Shown here: one piece after another, positions 1 to 9,474 of the stretch
Numbering within the stretch: position 1 is the first letter of the stretch
Layout: each line of letters begins with the position of its first letter
Origin: Gemmatimonadaceae bacterium
GTDB taxonomy: Bacteria > Gemmatimonadota > Gemmatimonadetes > Gemmatimonadales > Gemmatimonadaceae
DNA: 34,441 bases
Assembly: GCA_044224875.1 (NCBI GenBank)
Contig: JBGAJQ010000057.1
Coordinates: 1 to 34,441 of the forward strand
Reading direction: 5' to 3'
Notes under the pieces: generated by a model
The model's input: only the letters and a program-made list of their open reading frames with translations
What the model was told of the DNA's origin: nothing
The model's database searches: none
Made by a program: the position numbers and the translations under genes

Positions 1-64
1 CAACAACAGGCTCGAGTGCAGCATGCTTCCATCGCCACCACTTCGCCAGAGGCCGGCTGACGCG

Positions 65-93
65 TTGACGAACCCAGTGCCCGAGTCTATCCT
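65..93 (+). promoter_or_regulatory. putative sigma70-type promoter of the subtilisin gene
   Basis: TTGACG (65-70), 17-nt spacer, TATCCT (88-93), about 100 nt upstream of ATG 197. Confidence 0.55.
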
Positions 94-196
94 GTGCGCT
101 CCTTTCTCAGCGCCGTCAAGCTGTCGTTAGGTTTGTCAGCCTGCCACAATCCGCGACTCGGGCTGAGCCATACCCTCCCATCGTTTGGAGGTTCAC

Positions 197-1438
197 ATGT
201 CGACGAGGAGTGCTGTCCCCCTTCTGTTCGGAATTCTCGCGGCCGCATGTACGGACGTGTCCAGCGCCCCAGGAGACGTCGCCTTGGCGCCGATGACCAG
301 CGCCTCGGTGAACCAAACCGATGACGCAGTGCCCAACGAGTACATCGTCGTGCTGAAGAAGGACGCGAACGTGGCGACCGAGGCTGCTCGAGCCCGCGCC
401 AGTGGGGCAGTCGTGACCGACGTGTGGAGCGCAGCGCTCCGCGGCTTCGCCGTCCGCGCCGCTGCGCCCGCATTGCAGTCTATTCGCGCAAACCGCGCCA
501 TCAGCTACATCCAGCCGAACTACATCCTTCGCGTGAGTGCCGTGCAGACGTGCGCCCCGTACACGGTCTGTCCGTGGGGTCTGGATCGCATCGATGAAAC
601 GAGCTTGCCCCTGGACGGCGTCTACAACCAACCGCCGCAGGCACCGAATCAAGGCGCCAGCGTGCATGCGTATTCCATCGACACGGGCATTCGCATCACG
701 CATGCCGACTTCGGCGGGCGTGCATCGTACGGATTCAACGCATCGAATCCTGCGAATCCCCCCGACGACAATAACGGCCATGGCACGCACACCTCTGGTA
801 CCATCGGGGGCGCCACGTATGGCGTGGCCAAGCAAGTGAGTCTGGTGGCGGTCAAGGTCTGCGGCGCTTTCGGCTTCTGCAACACAAACGCGATCGTCTC
901 CGGAGTGGACTGGGTGACCACCAATGCGATTCACCCGGCGGTGGCGAACATGAGCCTCGGTGGGGGCGTGAATGCCGCGATTGACCAGGCGGTGTCCAAC
1001 TCCATCGCGTCTGGCGTGGTGTACGCCATCGCCGCCGGCAACAACAGTGGCGATGCGTGCCAAACGTCTCCGGCGCACGTGCCCGAGGCGATCACCGTTG
1101 CAGCCAGCGGCGACGGCGCCGGAATCCCGCCCGCCAGCATCGACGCACGCGCGAACTTCTCCAACTTCGGCACGTGCGTAGATCTCTTTGCACCGGGCTC
1201 CAATATCCTGTCGGCCACGAACACCAGTGACAACGCCACCGCCGTGCTCTCCGGGACCTCGATGGCCACGCCGCATGTCGCCGGCGCCGCTGCACTCTAT
1301 CTCGATATCTTCCCGAACAAGACCCCCGCGCAAGTAGCAGCTGCAATCGTCGCCAATGCCACGTCCGGCGTGATCGTGAACCCCGGCGTCGGCAGTCCCA
1401 ACTTGCTGCTCAACGTCAACAAGCCACATCGGCCGTAG
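197..1438 (+). CDS. S8 subtilisin-family serine protease (proteinase K/aqualysin-like) with I9-type prodomain, predicted lipoprotein
   Basis: Catalytic motifs IDTG, HGTH and GTSMATPHVAG, oxyanion motif AAGN; prodomain YIVVLK; lipobox ILAAAC; GGAGG at 187-191 before ATG 197. Confidence 0.93.
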   Translation: MSTRSAVPLLFGILAAACTDVSSAPGDVALAPMTSASVNQTDDAVPNEYIVVLKKDANVATEAARARASGAVVTDVWSAALRGFAVRAAAPALQSIRANRAISYIQPNYILRVSAVQTCAPYTVCPWGLDRIDETSLPLDGVYNQPPQAPNQGASVHAYSIDTGIRITHADFGGRASYGFNASNPANPPDDNNGHGTHTSGTIGGATYGVAKQVSLVAVKVCGAFGFCNTNAIVSGVDWVTTNAIHPAVANMSLGGGVNAAIDQAVSNSIASGVVYAIAAGNNSGDACQTSPAHVPEAITVAASGDGAGIPPASIDARANFSNFGTCVDLFAPGSNILSATNTSDNATAVLSGTSMATPHVAGAAALYLDIFPNKTPAQVAAAIVANATSGVIVNPGVGSPNLLLNVNKPHRP

Positions 1439-1460
1439 GAGTCCAGGTACAGGCAGTTTC

Positions 1461-1498
1461 AAACGGCGGGGCCACGCGAGGCCCCGCCGTTTCTGCTT
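1461..1498 (+). terminator. intrinsic terminator
   Basis: Perfect 13-bp stem AAACGGCGGGGCC/GGCCCCGCCGTTT (1461-1473/1480-1492), followed by a T-rich tract, just after the protease stop. Confidence 0.8.
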
Positions 1499-1660
1499 TG
1501 CCTACCGGACAGACGCGCGATTCGGCGATTTGGCGCATCCACGCCCGACCTTTCCCGTCAGGCCCCTCCAACGGAACGGTTCGGCGTATCGTAGAATTCA
1601 CGCCAGCCCAGTCGCGCGCACACCAGCCTGCGCGACATGTCCCGCCGCACCGAGGTCCCC

Positions 1661-4600
1661 ATGCCCCTTGTCCGAGTGCGCCGCACGTTCGCCGCCCGTC
1701 GCCACCTGGCGTCGATTGGCGCATCACTGATCGCTGTTGCACCAATCGCCGCGCAGCGCGGCACCCCGCCGCAACCTCCCGCGCCAGCAACAACGGTTTC
1801 ACTGAAGGAGTCGGCCGAGCTGGATGCCCTCAAGCGAATGAAGTGGCGCTCCATCGGGCCGGCGAACCAGGCCGGTCGCATTCCGGTGGTCGTTGGCGTG
1901 CCGGGCGATCGTTCGACGTACTACATCGGCTCAGCGGCCGGTGGCCTCATCAAGACGACGAACGGCGGCACCACCTTTACGCAACTCTTCGACGACAAGG
2001 ACAACGCGTCGATGGGCGATCTCGTGATCGCTCCGTCCGACCCGAACATCCTGTACCTCGGCACCGGCGAGGGCAACCCGCGCAACTCCGCGTCCATCGG
2101 CGACGGCGTCTACAAGTCGTTGGACGCCGGCAAGACGTGGAGGAAGATCGGACTGGAGAACACCGAGAAGATTCCGCGTATGCGGATCGATCCGCGGAAT
2201 CCCGATGTTGTCTATGTCTGCGCGTTAGGGCGTACCTGGGGCCCTAACGAGGACCGGGGCGTCTTCAAGACGACAGACGGCGGCAAGTCATGGAGAAAGC
2301 TGCTCTACAAGGACACGCTCACCGGCTGTTCGGACATCGACATCGATCCGGGCAACGCGAATATCGTCTACGCCGGCATGTTCACGCATCAGCGGTGGCC
2401 GTGGTACTTCTCGTCAGGCGGTGGCGAGACGGCGCTATACAAGTCATCGGACGGAGGTGAGAGCTGGACGCGCCTGTCCGGCCCGGGGAATACCCGCGGT
2501 CTGCCAAAGGGACCGATGGATCGGATCGGGGTCTCCGTTCACCGCGCCGACCCAAACGTCGTCTACATGGTGACGGAGACGAAGGCCGAGGGCGAGATGT
2601 GGCGGAGCGATGACGCCGGCGAAACGTGGCGCATGACGAGCCGCGACCCGAATATCAATTTCCGTCCGTTCTACTACGCCGACATTCGCGCCGATCCGCG
2701 AAACCCCAACACCGTGTACTCGCTCTCGGGGTCGTTGTACAAGAGTGAGGATGGCGGTCGCACCTTCCGCACCATTGGCCGCGATGTGCACGGCGACCAC
2801 CAGGGATTGTGGGTGGACCCCACCGATCCACAGTACCTGATCTCGGGCTCCGACGGCGGATGGCAGCTCTCGTACGATGCCGGCCGCAACTTCGAGGTCG
2901 TGAACACCGTCAGCTTCGATCAGTTCTATCACGTGGCCTACGACATGGAGAAGCCGTACAACCTGTGCGGCGGCCTGCAGGACAACGGACACTGGTGCGG
3001 CCCGAGTCAAACCCTCTCCAACCAAGGCAATCGAAAAAACGCCTGGGTGACGGTGAGCGGTGGCGATGGATTCTTCGCCGTTCCGGACCTCCAGCGTCCC
3101 TGGTTCATCTATTCGGCGTCACAGGGCGGGAACATCATCCTCACCGACATCCGTTCGGGCGACCAGCGTTCGATTCACCCGTATCCGAACCGCGTTGGAT
3201 CTGCCGGCGATGCCATGGAGAACCACAAGTATCGCTTCAATTGGAACGCGCCGATCGCGCTCGACCCAAATGACCCCAAAACGGTGTATTTTGGCGGCAA
3301 TGTCCTGTTCAAGACGACGAACTTTGGACAGACCTGGACCGAGATATCACCCGACCTAACGACAAACGACAAGAACAAGCAGAAGTCCTCGGGTGGTCCC
3401 ATTGTCGTCGACAACACGGCCGCCGAGTTTCACAGCACTTTGATCACCATTGCGCCATCGCCCAAGGACGCGAACGTCATTTGGGCGGGATCGGACGATG
3501 GCAATGTTCAGGTGACGCGAGACGGCGGAAAGAGCTGGACGAATGTGGTGAAGAACATTCAGGGGCTGCCACCTAACGCCTGGGTATCGACCATCGACGC
3601 GTCGTGGCACGACGCCGGGACCGCGTTCGTAGCCGCATCCCACTGGCAAACGGGCGACTATACCCCGTACGCGTACATGACCTCGGACTACGGCGCCACG
3701 TGGAAGCGCATCACGTCAAATCTGCCGGTACGAGGTTGGGTACACGTCGTGCGACAGGACCCCAAGAATGCGAACGTCCTGTACCTCGGCACGGAATTCG
3801 GGATCTATGTATCGTGGGACAAGGGGGCACGTTGGCATTCGTTGAGGAATGGACTGTCAGCGGCGCCGGTGCGCGACCTCGCGATCCACCCACGCGACAA
3901 CGATCTCATCATCGCCACGCACGGACGTGGGCTCTACGTCCTGGATGACCTCACGCCGCTACAGCGACTTGGGGATGCCATGGCCACGGACGCCTATGTG
4001 TTCGACATCCGGCCGGCGACGCGCTGGGTGCTGTGGAATGCGGACGGAAATCTCGGGCAAAAGCAGTGGGTCGGTGAGAACCCCCCGTACGGCGCTTCGA
4101 TCTCGTATTACCTGAAGGCCGCCGCGAGGGACACGGTGCGCATCACGGTGAGCGACGCCGCCGGCAAGGTGATCCGCACGTTGCGTAGCGCGTCCGGATC
4201 GGCCGGCGTGAATCGGGCGGTATGGGACCTGCGCTACGATGGGTCCCCTCCACCGCGTGTGGCCGGCACGAATCCCGACGCCGAGACCGCCGACCTCGGC
4301 GAGCGCTTCGGCTTTGGGGGAGCAGGGGGTCCCACGGTTGTACCTGGCGAATATGTGGTCACGGTGCGCCTCAACGGGCAGGACTTCAAGAAGACGGTGC
4401 GAGTGGACTTGGATCCGCGCGCCCAGGCGACGACAGCGGATCTGGTGGCGCAGCGGGACAAGGCGCTCGAACTCCGCGACCTCAACACCAAGGTTACGAG
4501 CGTCATTGATCGCAACACCGACCTGATGCGGCAGCTGACGGCGCTGGTGGAGAATATTCGCCGGAATGCACCAACCGAGAAGGAAGCCCTGAACGAGGCC

Positions 4601-4900
4601 GAATCTGCATTGGGTGAACTGAAGGCGCTGCGCGACGAAAAGTTACTGCGGCCAATTCAGGGTCTCGGTTACCGACAATTCCCGCGGCTGCGTGAGGAAG
4701 TGACCAGTCTGTACGGCAGTGTCTCGCGCGCGGTCTCGCGGCCAACGGACGCGCAGGTCACGCGCAGCGGCGAATTGCAGACAGAGGCGGTGACGACCCA
4801 GGGCGATCAACAGAAGATCATCGACACACGCATCGCCAAGCTCAACCAGTTGCTCAAGAACCTGCCACACATTGTTGTCCCTGGCGGGTCGATCATGTAG
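1661..4900 (+). CDS. secreted BNR/Asp-box (VPS10/sortilin-like) beta-propeller protein, glycosyl hydrolase-like
   Basis: Many S/TxDGGxTW Asp-box repeats, N-terminal WRSIGPAN.GR, signal-like N-terminus, C-terminal Ig-like and helical region; GAGG before ATG 1661. Confidence 0.85.
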   Translation: MPLVRVRRTFAARRHLASIGASLIAVAPIAAQRGTPPQPPAPATTVSLKESAELDALKRMKWRSIGPANQAGRIPVVVGVPGDRSTYYIGSAAGGLIKTTNGGTTFTQLFDDKDNASMGDLVIAPSDPNILYLGTGEGNPRNSASIGDGVYKSLDAGKTWRKIGLENTEKIPRMRIDPRNPDVVYVCALGRTWGPNEDRGVFKTTDGGKSWRKLLYKDTLTGCSDIDIDPGNANIVYAGMFTHQRWPWYFSSGGGETALYKSSDGGESWTRLSGPGNTRGLPKGPMDRIGVSVHRADPNVVYMVTETKAEGEMWRSDDAGETWRMTSRDPNINFRPFYYADIRADPRNPNTVYSLSGSLYKSEDGGRTFRTIGRDVHGDHQGLWVDPTDPQYLISGSDGGWQLSYDAGRNFEVVNTVSFDQFYHVAYDMEKPYNLCGGLQDNGHWCGPSQTLSNQGNRKNAWVTVSGGDGFFAVPDLQRPWFIYSASQGGNIILTDIRSGDQRSIHPYPNRVGSAGDAMENHKYRFNWNAPIALDPNDPKTVYFGGNVLFKTTNFGQTWTEISPDLTTNDKNKQKSSGGPIVVDNTAAEFHSTLITIAPSPKDANVIWAGSDDGNVQVTRDGGKSWTNVVKNIQGLPPNAWVSTIDASWHDAGTAFVAASHWQTGDYTPYAYMTSDYGATWKRITSNLPVRGWVHVVRQDPKNANVLYLGTEFGIYVSWDKGARWHSLRNGLSAAPVRDLAIHPRDNDLIIATHGRGLYVLDDLTPLQRLGDAMATDAYVFDIRPATRWVLWNADGNLGQKQWVGENPPYGASISYYLKAAARDTVRITVSDAAGKVIRTLRSASGSAGVNRAVWDLRYDGSPPPRVAGTNPDAETADLGERFGFGGAGGPTVVPGEYVVTVRLNGQDFKKTVRVDLDPRAQATTADLVAQRDKALELRDLNTKVTSVIDRNTDLMRQLTALVENIRRNAPTEKEALNEAESALGELKALRDEKLLRPIQGLGYRQFPRLREEVTSLYGSVSRAVSRPTDAQVTRSGELQTEAVTTQGDQQKIIDTRIAKLNQLLKNLPHIVVPGGSIM

Positions 4901-5053
4901 TCGGAAGCATCGGGAGATGGCGGGGGCGCGCCCACGGCTCGCTCCCGCCTCCTCGCCAGGCACGCGCGTAGGGTCCGGCCCTGCCGCCCGCGTCCATGCG
5001 GATTGCCCCCGCTGGCGGTCGCGTGCGACGTCGGATGCGTCTTCCGTTATCGC

Positions 5054-7480
5054 CTATTCCGCCACCACATCGACGGCGAAGTCTGTCCCTTCCCAACGGT
5101 CGTCGTCCAACCAGTAGAACGTGAACTGCACCCGAGTCCCTGGCAACGCATGCTGCGTGGCGAGTTCCACCGTGTAGTGCCGAATGCCGACAGCGTTTGT
5201 GTCGGTCTCATGGGAGTTACGCCAGTCATCCACCGTCCAGCGCACGCGCGCTGGGGCCCCAAGGTCCAACCGTAACAGGCGCCCGTTGACCACTTCCTTC
5301 CGTTGGAGGGTGAATCGCCAGATACCCACCCGCGGTTGCACCCGACGGTCGAGGTAGCGACTCGCGGTGACCGGCGGTTGGTCAAACACGCGGCCGTCGC
5401 GCAGTGAGCGGAGCAACTTGATGTACTCGGCGTGAGCCCAGGCCAGCGGCATCGCCGACCCACTGGGACGACCGGTGAAGAGTTCCAGTTCCGCGAGGTC
5501 CGGCGCATCCCACACCTGTTCGGGGAGCATCCCGCCATCGCTGGCTTGGCGCCGCATCACCACCGACAGTGCCCTCGCGCGATCCTGCCGGCCTAACGCG
5601 AGCTCATAGTGTGCGCGTTCGCCGGCCAAGAGGGGCCAACCCCTGCCCCTTCCCGTGCCATCGAACGCGCTGCCATCCTCGTGCTCACCGTATCCGTCTT
5701 CGTTGTACCGATGCCAGACCGGCCCCGTGGGCGTTTCGCTGCGGAGTAGGTAATCGACCACTCGCGCCGTGTCGCACATTCGCGGATCGTCGGCCGCGCG
5801 AAGGCCAAAGCGCACGAGGGCGAGGGCATCCGGGCTCACGAGGTTGCTCGCGAGGACCTGGTTCGCCCCAGCGGGACGATTCTTCACAAGGGCCATGACG
5901 CCGTCGATTCGCGCGTTGCCATCGACGTCGGCTCGCGCGCCGCGGACGTAGTAGCCGTCCACGCCAACCTGCTGCGCAAGCGGCGTCCCCGTCACATAGA
6001 TCCATCGGTCAATACGGTCGTACCAGTCGTCGGCGGTGTCGCGGAGGTACTGGGCCAGCGTTGCTTCCCCGACCCGAGTGGCGACCGTGGATGCCACCAG
6101 AAGGGCGGCGATGCAGCTGGCGAGCGTAAACGGCGTGTATCCCGGATCTTCCTCCCATCGATCCTGCTGCGTGGCAGGACCCTGTTGGACCAGGTAGAGT
6201 GCCGCTTGCCGAATCACCGGCCACCAGCGCGTCTCTTCTTCCGGGCCGATGCACTCCTCACGCCGCGCCAGGTCGAAGAGCAGCACGGGCAACGCCGTCT
6301 CGTCCAACTGAATGCCATTCCAGTACGGCTCACCGTTGAGCCACATGTTCTGGGCCCAGTGACCGTCGGGCTCTTGAGTGACCGCGAGATACCGAAGCAT
6401 CGCGCGCACCGGCTCATGCGCCCCGGCGGCCAGCAGCGCGCCGGCCGTCTGCACCATGTCCCTTGGCCACACGAGGTGATAACCGCCCAGATCATCGTCC
6501 CCTTTTGATTGTCCCCACGGTACCGAGAGGCTGGCGATCGCGCCCCCGTCGGCGTTCATCGTCAGGTGCGACATCAACACCGCGGTGCTGGCGCGGTAGA
6601 GACTGGGGACCTCCGCAGACCCATCCACCTCGTCCAATGCACGCAACCCGTCCTGAAACGTCAACCAGGGACCGATGAACCGGCGCTCGACGCGGGCATA
6701 GGGCTCCGCCAAGGCGGCTCTCGCGTGCAGCGCCGCGGAGTCCGCGTCGGGGCCGAATCCGATCGCAATCGTGCAGCGACCACCCGAGGTTGACATGTCG
6801 ACTTCGCCCGCGAGCGCGACATTTCCGTCAGCTGCGACTCCATACCGATGGAGCAGGCGCCCGTGCTGGCGCACTTCGCGCCACCCGTCGCTCTCCCCAA
6901 CAAACCCCACCGACAGCGCCTTCCATCCCGTGGAACACACCACGGCGATCGCCTGCCCCGCTCGCTCGGCAAACAGCATGTCGTGTCCCTTGTGTGTACC
7001 GACCCAAGCGGTGTTGCCTGCACCCCGATTGCCCAGGTGCGACGCCACAAGAAACGTCAGGCGATAGTCCGCCGGTTCACCCGTGACGACACGAAACGCA
7101 ACATCCTGGAGCACGGCATCAAACTCCGGAGATGCGCACACGTGCTTGTCGATAACGAAACGCCCGTCCGTGCTCGCGTTCCGAAAGCGAAACGCGGGTA
7201 CGCCCGGCATGGCCCATTCCACGCGGTGTGCGCAGTCCCGTTTCTCTTCCGCGAAGTACCCCTGATCGTCGGAGATGAGAAACCCCGCGTCGCGAACGCA
7301 GGCGTTGTCCACCTCGGGGTAGTAGATCTCGTTCAGGATTCCATGACTCGCGGTGAACCAGACGCGAGAGCCGTTACCGAAGGCAGTCCCCACGGCAGAC
7401 TTGGCGCTCGACGTCCAGCGTGGTGGAATGCCGGGGTGGCCGGGCGCGGCCTGGGGTGTCTGCTTCGTCGAATCTGCCAT
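5054..7480 (-). CDS. glycoside hydrolase family 15 glucoamylase/glucodextranase-like (glucan 1,4-alpha-glucosidase)
   Basis: N-terminal APG.PGI.PRWTSSAK, GGYHLVWPRD, QDRWEE, YNEDGYGE, LPEQVWD, SAMPLAWAHAEY; no signal peptide. Confidence 0.9.
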   Translation of the reverse strand: MADSTKQTPQAAPGHPGIPPRWTSSAKSAVGTAFGNGSRVWFTASHGILNEIYYPEVDNACVRDAGFLISDDQGYFAEEKRDCAHRVEWAMPGVPAFRFRNASTDGRFVIDKHVCASPEFDAVLQDVAFRVVTGEPADYRLTFLVASHLGNRGAGNTAWVGTHKGHDMLFAERAGQAIAVVCSTGWKALSVGFVGESDGWREVRQHGRLLHRYGVAADGNVALAGEVDMSTSGGRCTIAIGFGPDADSAALHARAALAEPYARVERRFIGPWLTFQDGLRALDEVDGSAEVPSLYRASTAVLMSHLTMNADGGAIASLSVPWGQSKGDDDLGGYHLVWPRDMVQTAGALLAAGAHEPVRAMLRYLAVTQEPDGHWAQNMWLNGEPYWNGIQLDETALPVLLFDLARREECIGPEEETRWWPVIRQAALYLVQQGPATQQDRWEEDPGYTPFTLASCIAALLVASTVATRVGEATLAQYLRDTADDWYDRIDRWIYVTGTPLAQQVGVDGYYVRGARADVDGNARIDGVMALVKNRPAGANQVLASNLVSPDALALVRFGLRAADDPRMCDTARVVDYLLRSETPTGPVWHRYNEDGYGEHEDGSAFDGTGRGRGWPLLAGERAHYELALGRQDRARALSVVMRRQASDGGMLPEQVWDAPDLAELELFTGRPSGSAMPLAWAHAEYIKLLRSLRDGRVFDQPPVTASRYLDRRVQPRVGIWRFTLQRKEVVNGRLLRLDLGAPARVRWTVDDWRNSHETDTNAVGIRHYTVELATQHALPGTRVQFTFYWLDDDRWEGTDFAVDVVAE

Positions 7481-7611
7481 GGCGGATGAGTCGGTTGGTG
7501 CTGTGGACGAGCGGTGGCCGGGAACGAACTCGACGCAGTCCTTGAAAGCGTAGTCGCCGTTTCCTCTCCAAGACCTAACGCCGCTGGTGGCAGCAAGCGC
7601 CTAACGTAGTG

Positions 7612-8322
7612 CTATGGGAGATCGCGCCCGGCGTCGCGATCCACCAACAGTAGCGGCGAGGCGGCGCCGCGCAGCACGAGTGCAACGGGAAGGTCAGAGT
7701 GAGGGTCCAGCGCGTGGCGCACGATCCTCGCCTTACCAGCGCCGAATGCGACCACGCAAGTCAATCGGGCTCCGGCCAACACTTCCAGCGAGAGCGACAT
7801 CCTCCGCGGAGGCGGCTTTGGCGCGTGCAGCTCAACTTGAACTGGAGCCTCATCCCGTGACGGATGGCGTCCTGGAAAAATCGACGCGACGTGGCCGTCT
7901 TCGCCAACGCCCAGCAATACCACATCCATCTGCGGTGGAGTTCCTGCCACGGACTGAAGTTGCGCACCGTACTCATGCGCGGCGCTCTCCAGGTCCGGGT
8001 TGTCGGCAGGCATGCGGTACAACCGTGCGGCTCGGCCCGGAGCTTCCATTCGCCAAAGACGATTGGCTTGGGCCCAGTTTGAGTCGGCATCGTCCGGCTT
8101 GACCGCCCGCTCATCGCACCAAAACACGTGCGCACGGTCCCAGCTGAGCGCGGCCCGAGCCAGGGGAACTAGCATTTGCTCCGCCACGGAGCCCCCCGGC
8201 ACGCCAAGCGTCCAGATTCCGCGTGACCGCACGCCGGAGGCCGCAAGCGGCGCGACGGCCCGTACAAGCGCCATCTGCAGCTCGGGCAAGTCCGCCACAA
8301 CTACCCATGGGGGAGCCGTCAT
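7612..8322 (-). CDS. pgl: 6-phosphogluconolactonase
   Basis: PGGS, FWCDERAV, SN, LLGVGEDGHVASIFP, PKPPPRRMSL motifs; adjacent to gnd/zwf; start ATG 8322 preferred over the ORF-track start. Confidence 0.88.
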   Translation of the reverse strand: MTAPPWVVVADLPELQMALVRAVAPLAASGVRSRGIWTLGVPGGSVAEQMLVPLARAALSWDRAHVFWCDERAVKPDDADSNWAQANRLWRMEAPGRAARLYRMPADNPDLESAAHEYGAQLQSVAGTPPQMDVVLLGVGEDGHVASIFPGRHPSRDEAPVQVELHAPKPPPRRMSLSLEVLAGARLTCVVAFGAGKARIVRHALDPHSDLPVALVLRGAASPLLLVDRDAGRDLP

Positions 8323-8451
8323 GCCGCGAATTGTCGAGCAGCCATTGAGCTTGTGTTCAGGGAGGGAGCGCATACGTTAGCGCCGTCGCAAGGCGGCGCC
8401 AATCGCACTCCTTAGACCTAACGAACGCGCCGACGGCGCACGGAGACCGGG

Positions 8452-9474
8452 ATGGACATCGGAATGATCGGCCTCGGCCGGATGGGAGCCAACATGGCGC
8501 GCCGCCTGATGCGCGGGGGGCACCGGTGCGTGGTTTACGATCGATCCAAGGATGCGGTGTCAGGCCTGGTCTCCGAGGGCGCAGTGGGTAGCAGCTCGGT
8601 CGCCGACCTCGTCGCGGCCCTACCCCAGCCGAGAGCCGTGTGGATGATGATTCCTGCGGCCGTCGTCGACCATGCGATCGACGATCTGGCGCCGCACCTT
8701 TCCGCGGGCGATGCCATCATCGATGGCGGCAACTCCAATTTCCAGGACGATATCGCGCGCGCGGCACGGTTGCGGAGCCTTGGTTTGCAGCTGGTGGACT
8801 GCGGGACCAGCGGGGGCGTGTGGGGATTGGAACGCGGCTATTGCCTCATGTTGGGAGGCGACGAGTCGACCGTTAGGCGGCTGGAACCACTCTTCCGGAC
8901 GCTGGCTCCTGGGGTCGCCGCATCCCCACCCACGCCCGGGCGCACCCGAACGGGGGGGGGGTCAACCGCCGAATTCGGGTACCTGCACTGCGGTCCCACA
9001 GGCGCTGGCCATTTTGTGAAGATGATCCACAACGCCATCGAGTACGGCATGATGGCGTCCTATGCCGAGGGCTTCAACATCCTGCGCCACGCTAACGCAG
9101 GTCGCACCCATCGTGAGGCGGACGCCGAAACAACGCCACTGCGCCATCCAGAGCACTATCAGTTCGACTTTGATCTTCCCGAAATCGCCGAGCTGTGGCG
9201 CCGGGGCAGCGTGATCCCCTCTTGGCTGTTGGACCTCACGGCGCAAGCACTGGCCGGCGATCCTTCGCTGGAACGATTCGCCGGCCGCGTGTCAGACTCG
9301 GGTGAAGGGCGTTGGACTCTCGCTGCCGCCAACGACCTCTCGGTGCCCATCCATGTCTTGGCGAGTGCGCTGTTCGAACGCTTTTCCTCCCGAGGCGAGG
9401 CGGATTACCAGAACAGGCTCCTGTCTGCGCTCCGTATGCAGTTTGGGGGTCACGTGGAGAAGCCTACGTCATGA
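8452..9474 (+). CDS. gnd: decarboxylating 6-phosphogluconate dehydrogenase, short (YqeC-like) type
   Basis: [46 protein letters not shown]-terminal FGGH. Confidence 0.95.
   Translation: MDIGMIGLGRMGANMARRLMRGGHRCVVYDRSKDAVSGLVSEGAVGSSSVADLVAALPQPRAVWMMIPAAVVDHAIDDLAPHLSAGDAIIDGGNSNFQDDIARAARLRSLGLQLVDCGTSGGVWGLERGYCLMLGGDESTVRRLEPLFRTLAPGVAASPPTPGRTRTGGGSTAEFGYLHCGPTGAGHFVKMIHNAIEYGMMASYAEGFNILRHANAGRTHREADAETTPLRHPEHYQFDFDLPEIAELWRRGSVIPSWLLDLTAQALAGDPSLERFAGRVSDSGEGRWTLAAANDLSVPIHVLASALFERFSSRGEADYQNRLLSALRMQFGGHVEKPTS

Noticed and set aside
1..60. Possible 3' end of an upstream CDS (frame 1 ending TGA at 58-60)
   Set aside because: Only 19 codons visible; cannot be supported or identified
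116..1462. 448-aa ORF antisense to the subtilisin, and similar long antisense/overlapping ORFs (e.g. 13300-14241, 21958-22929)
   Set aside because: Shadow ORFs expected from GC-rich codon bias; no recognisable motifs, and the opposite strand carries a clear gene
8380..8399. GCGCCGTC-GCAA-GGCGGCGC GNRA hairpin upstream of gnd as an ncRNA
   Set aside because: A single short hairpin with no further structure; most likely an ordinary 5' stabilising stem
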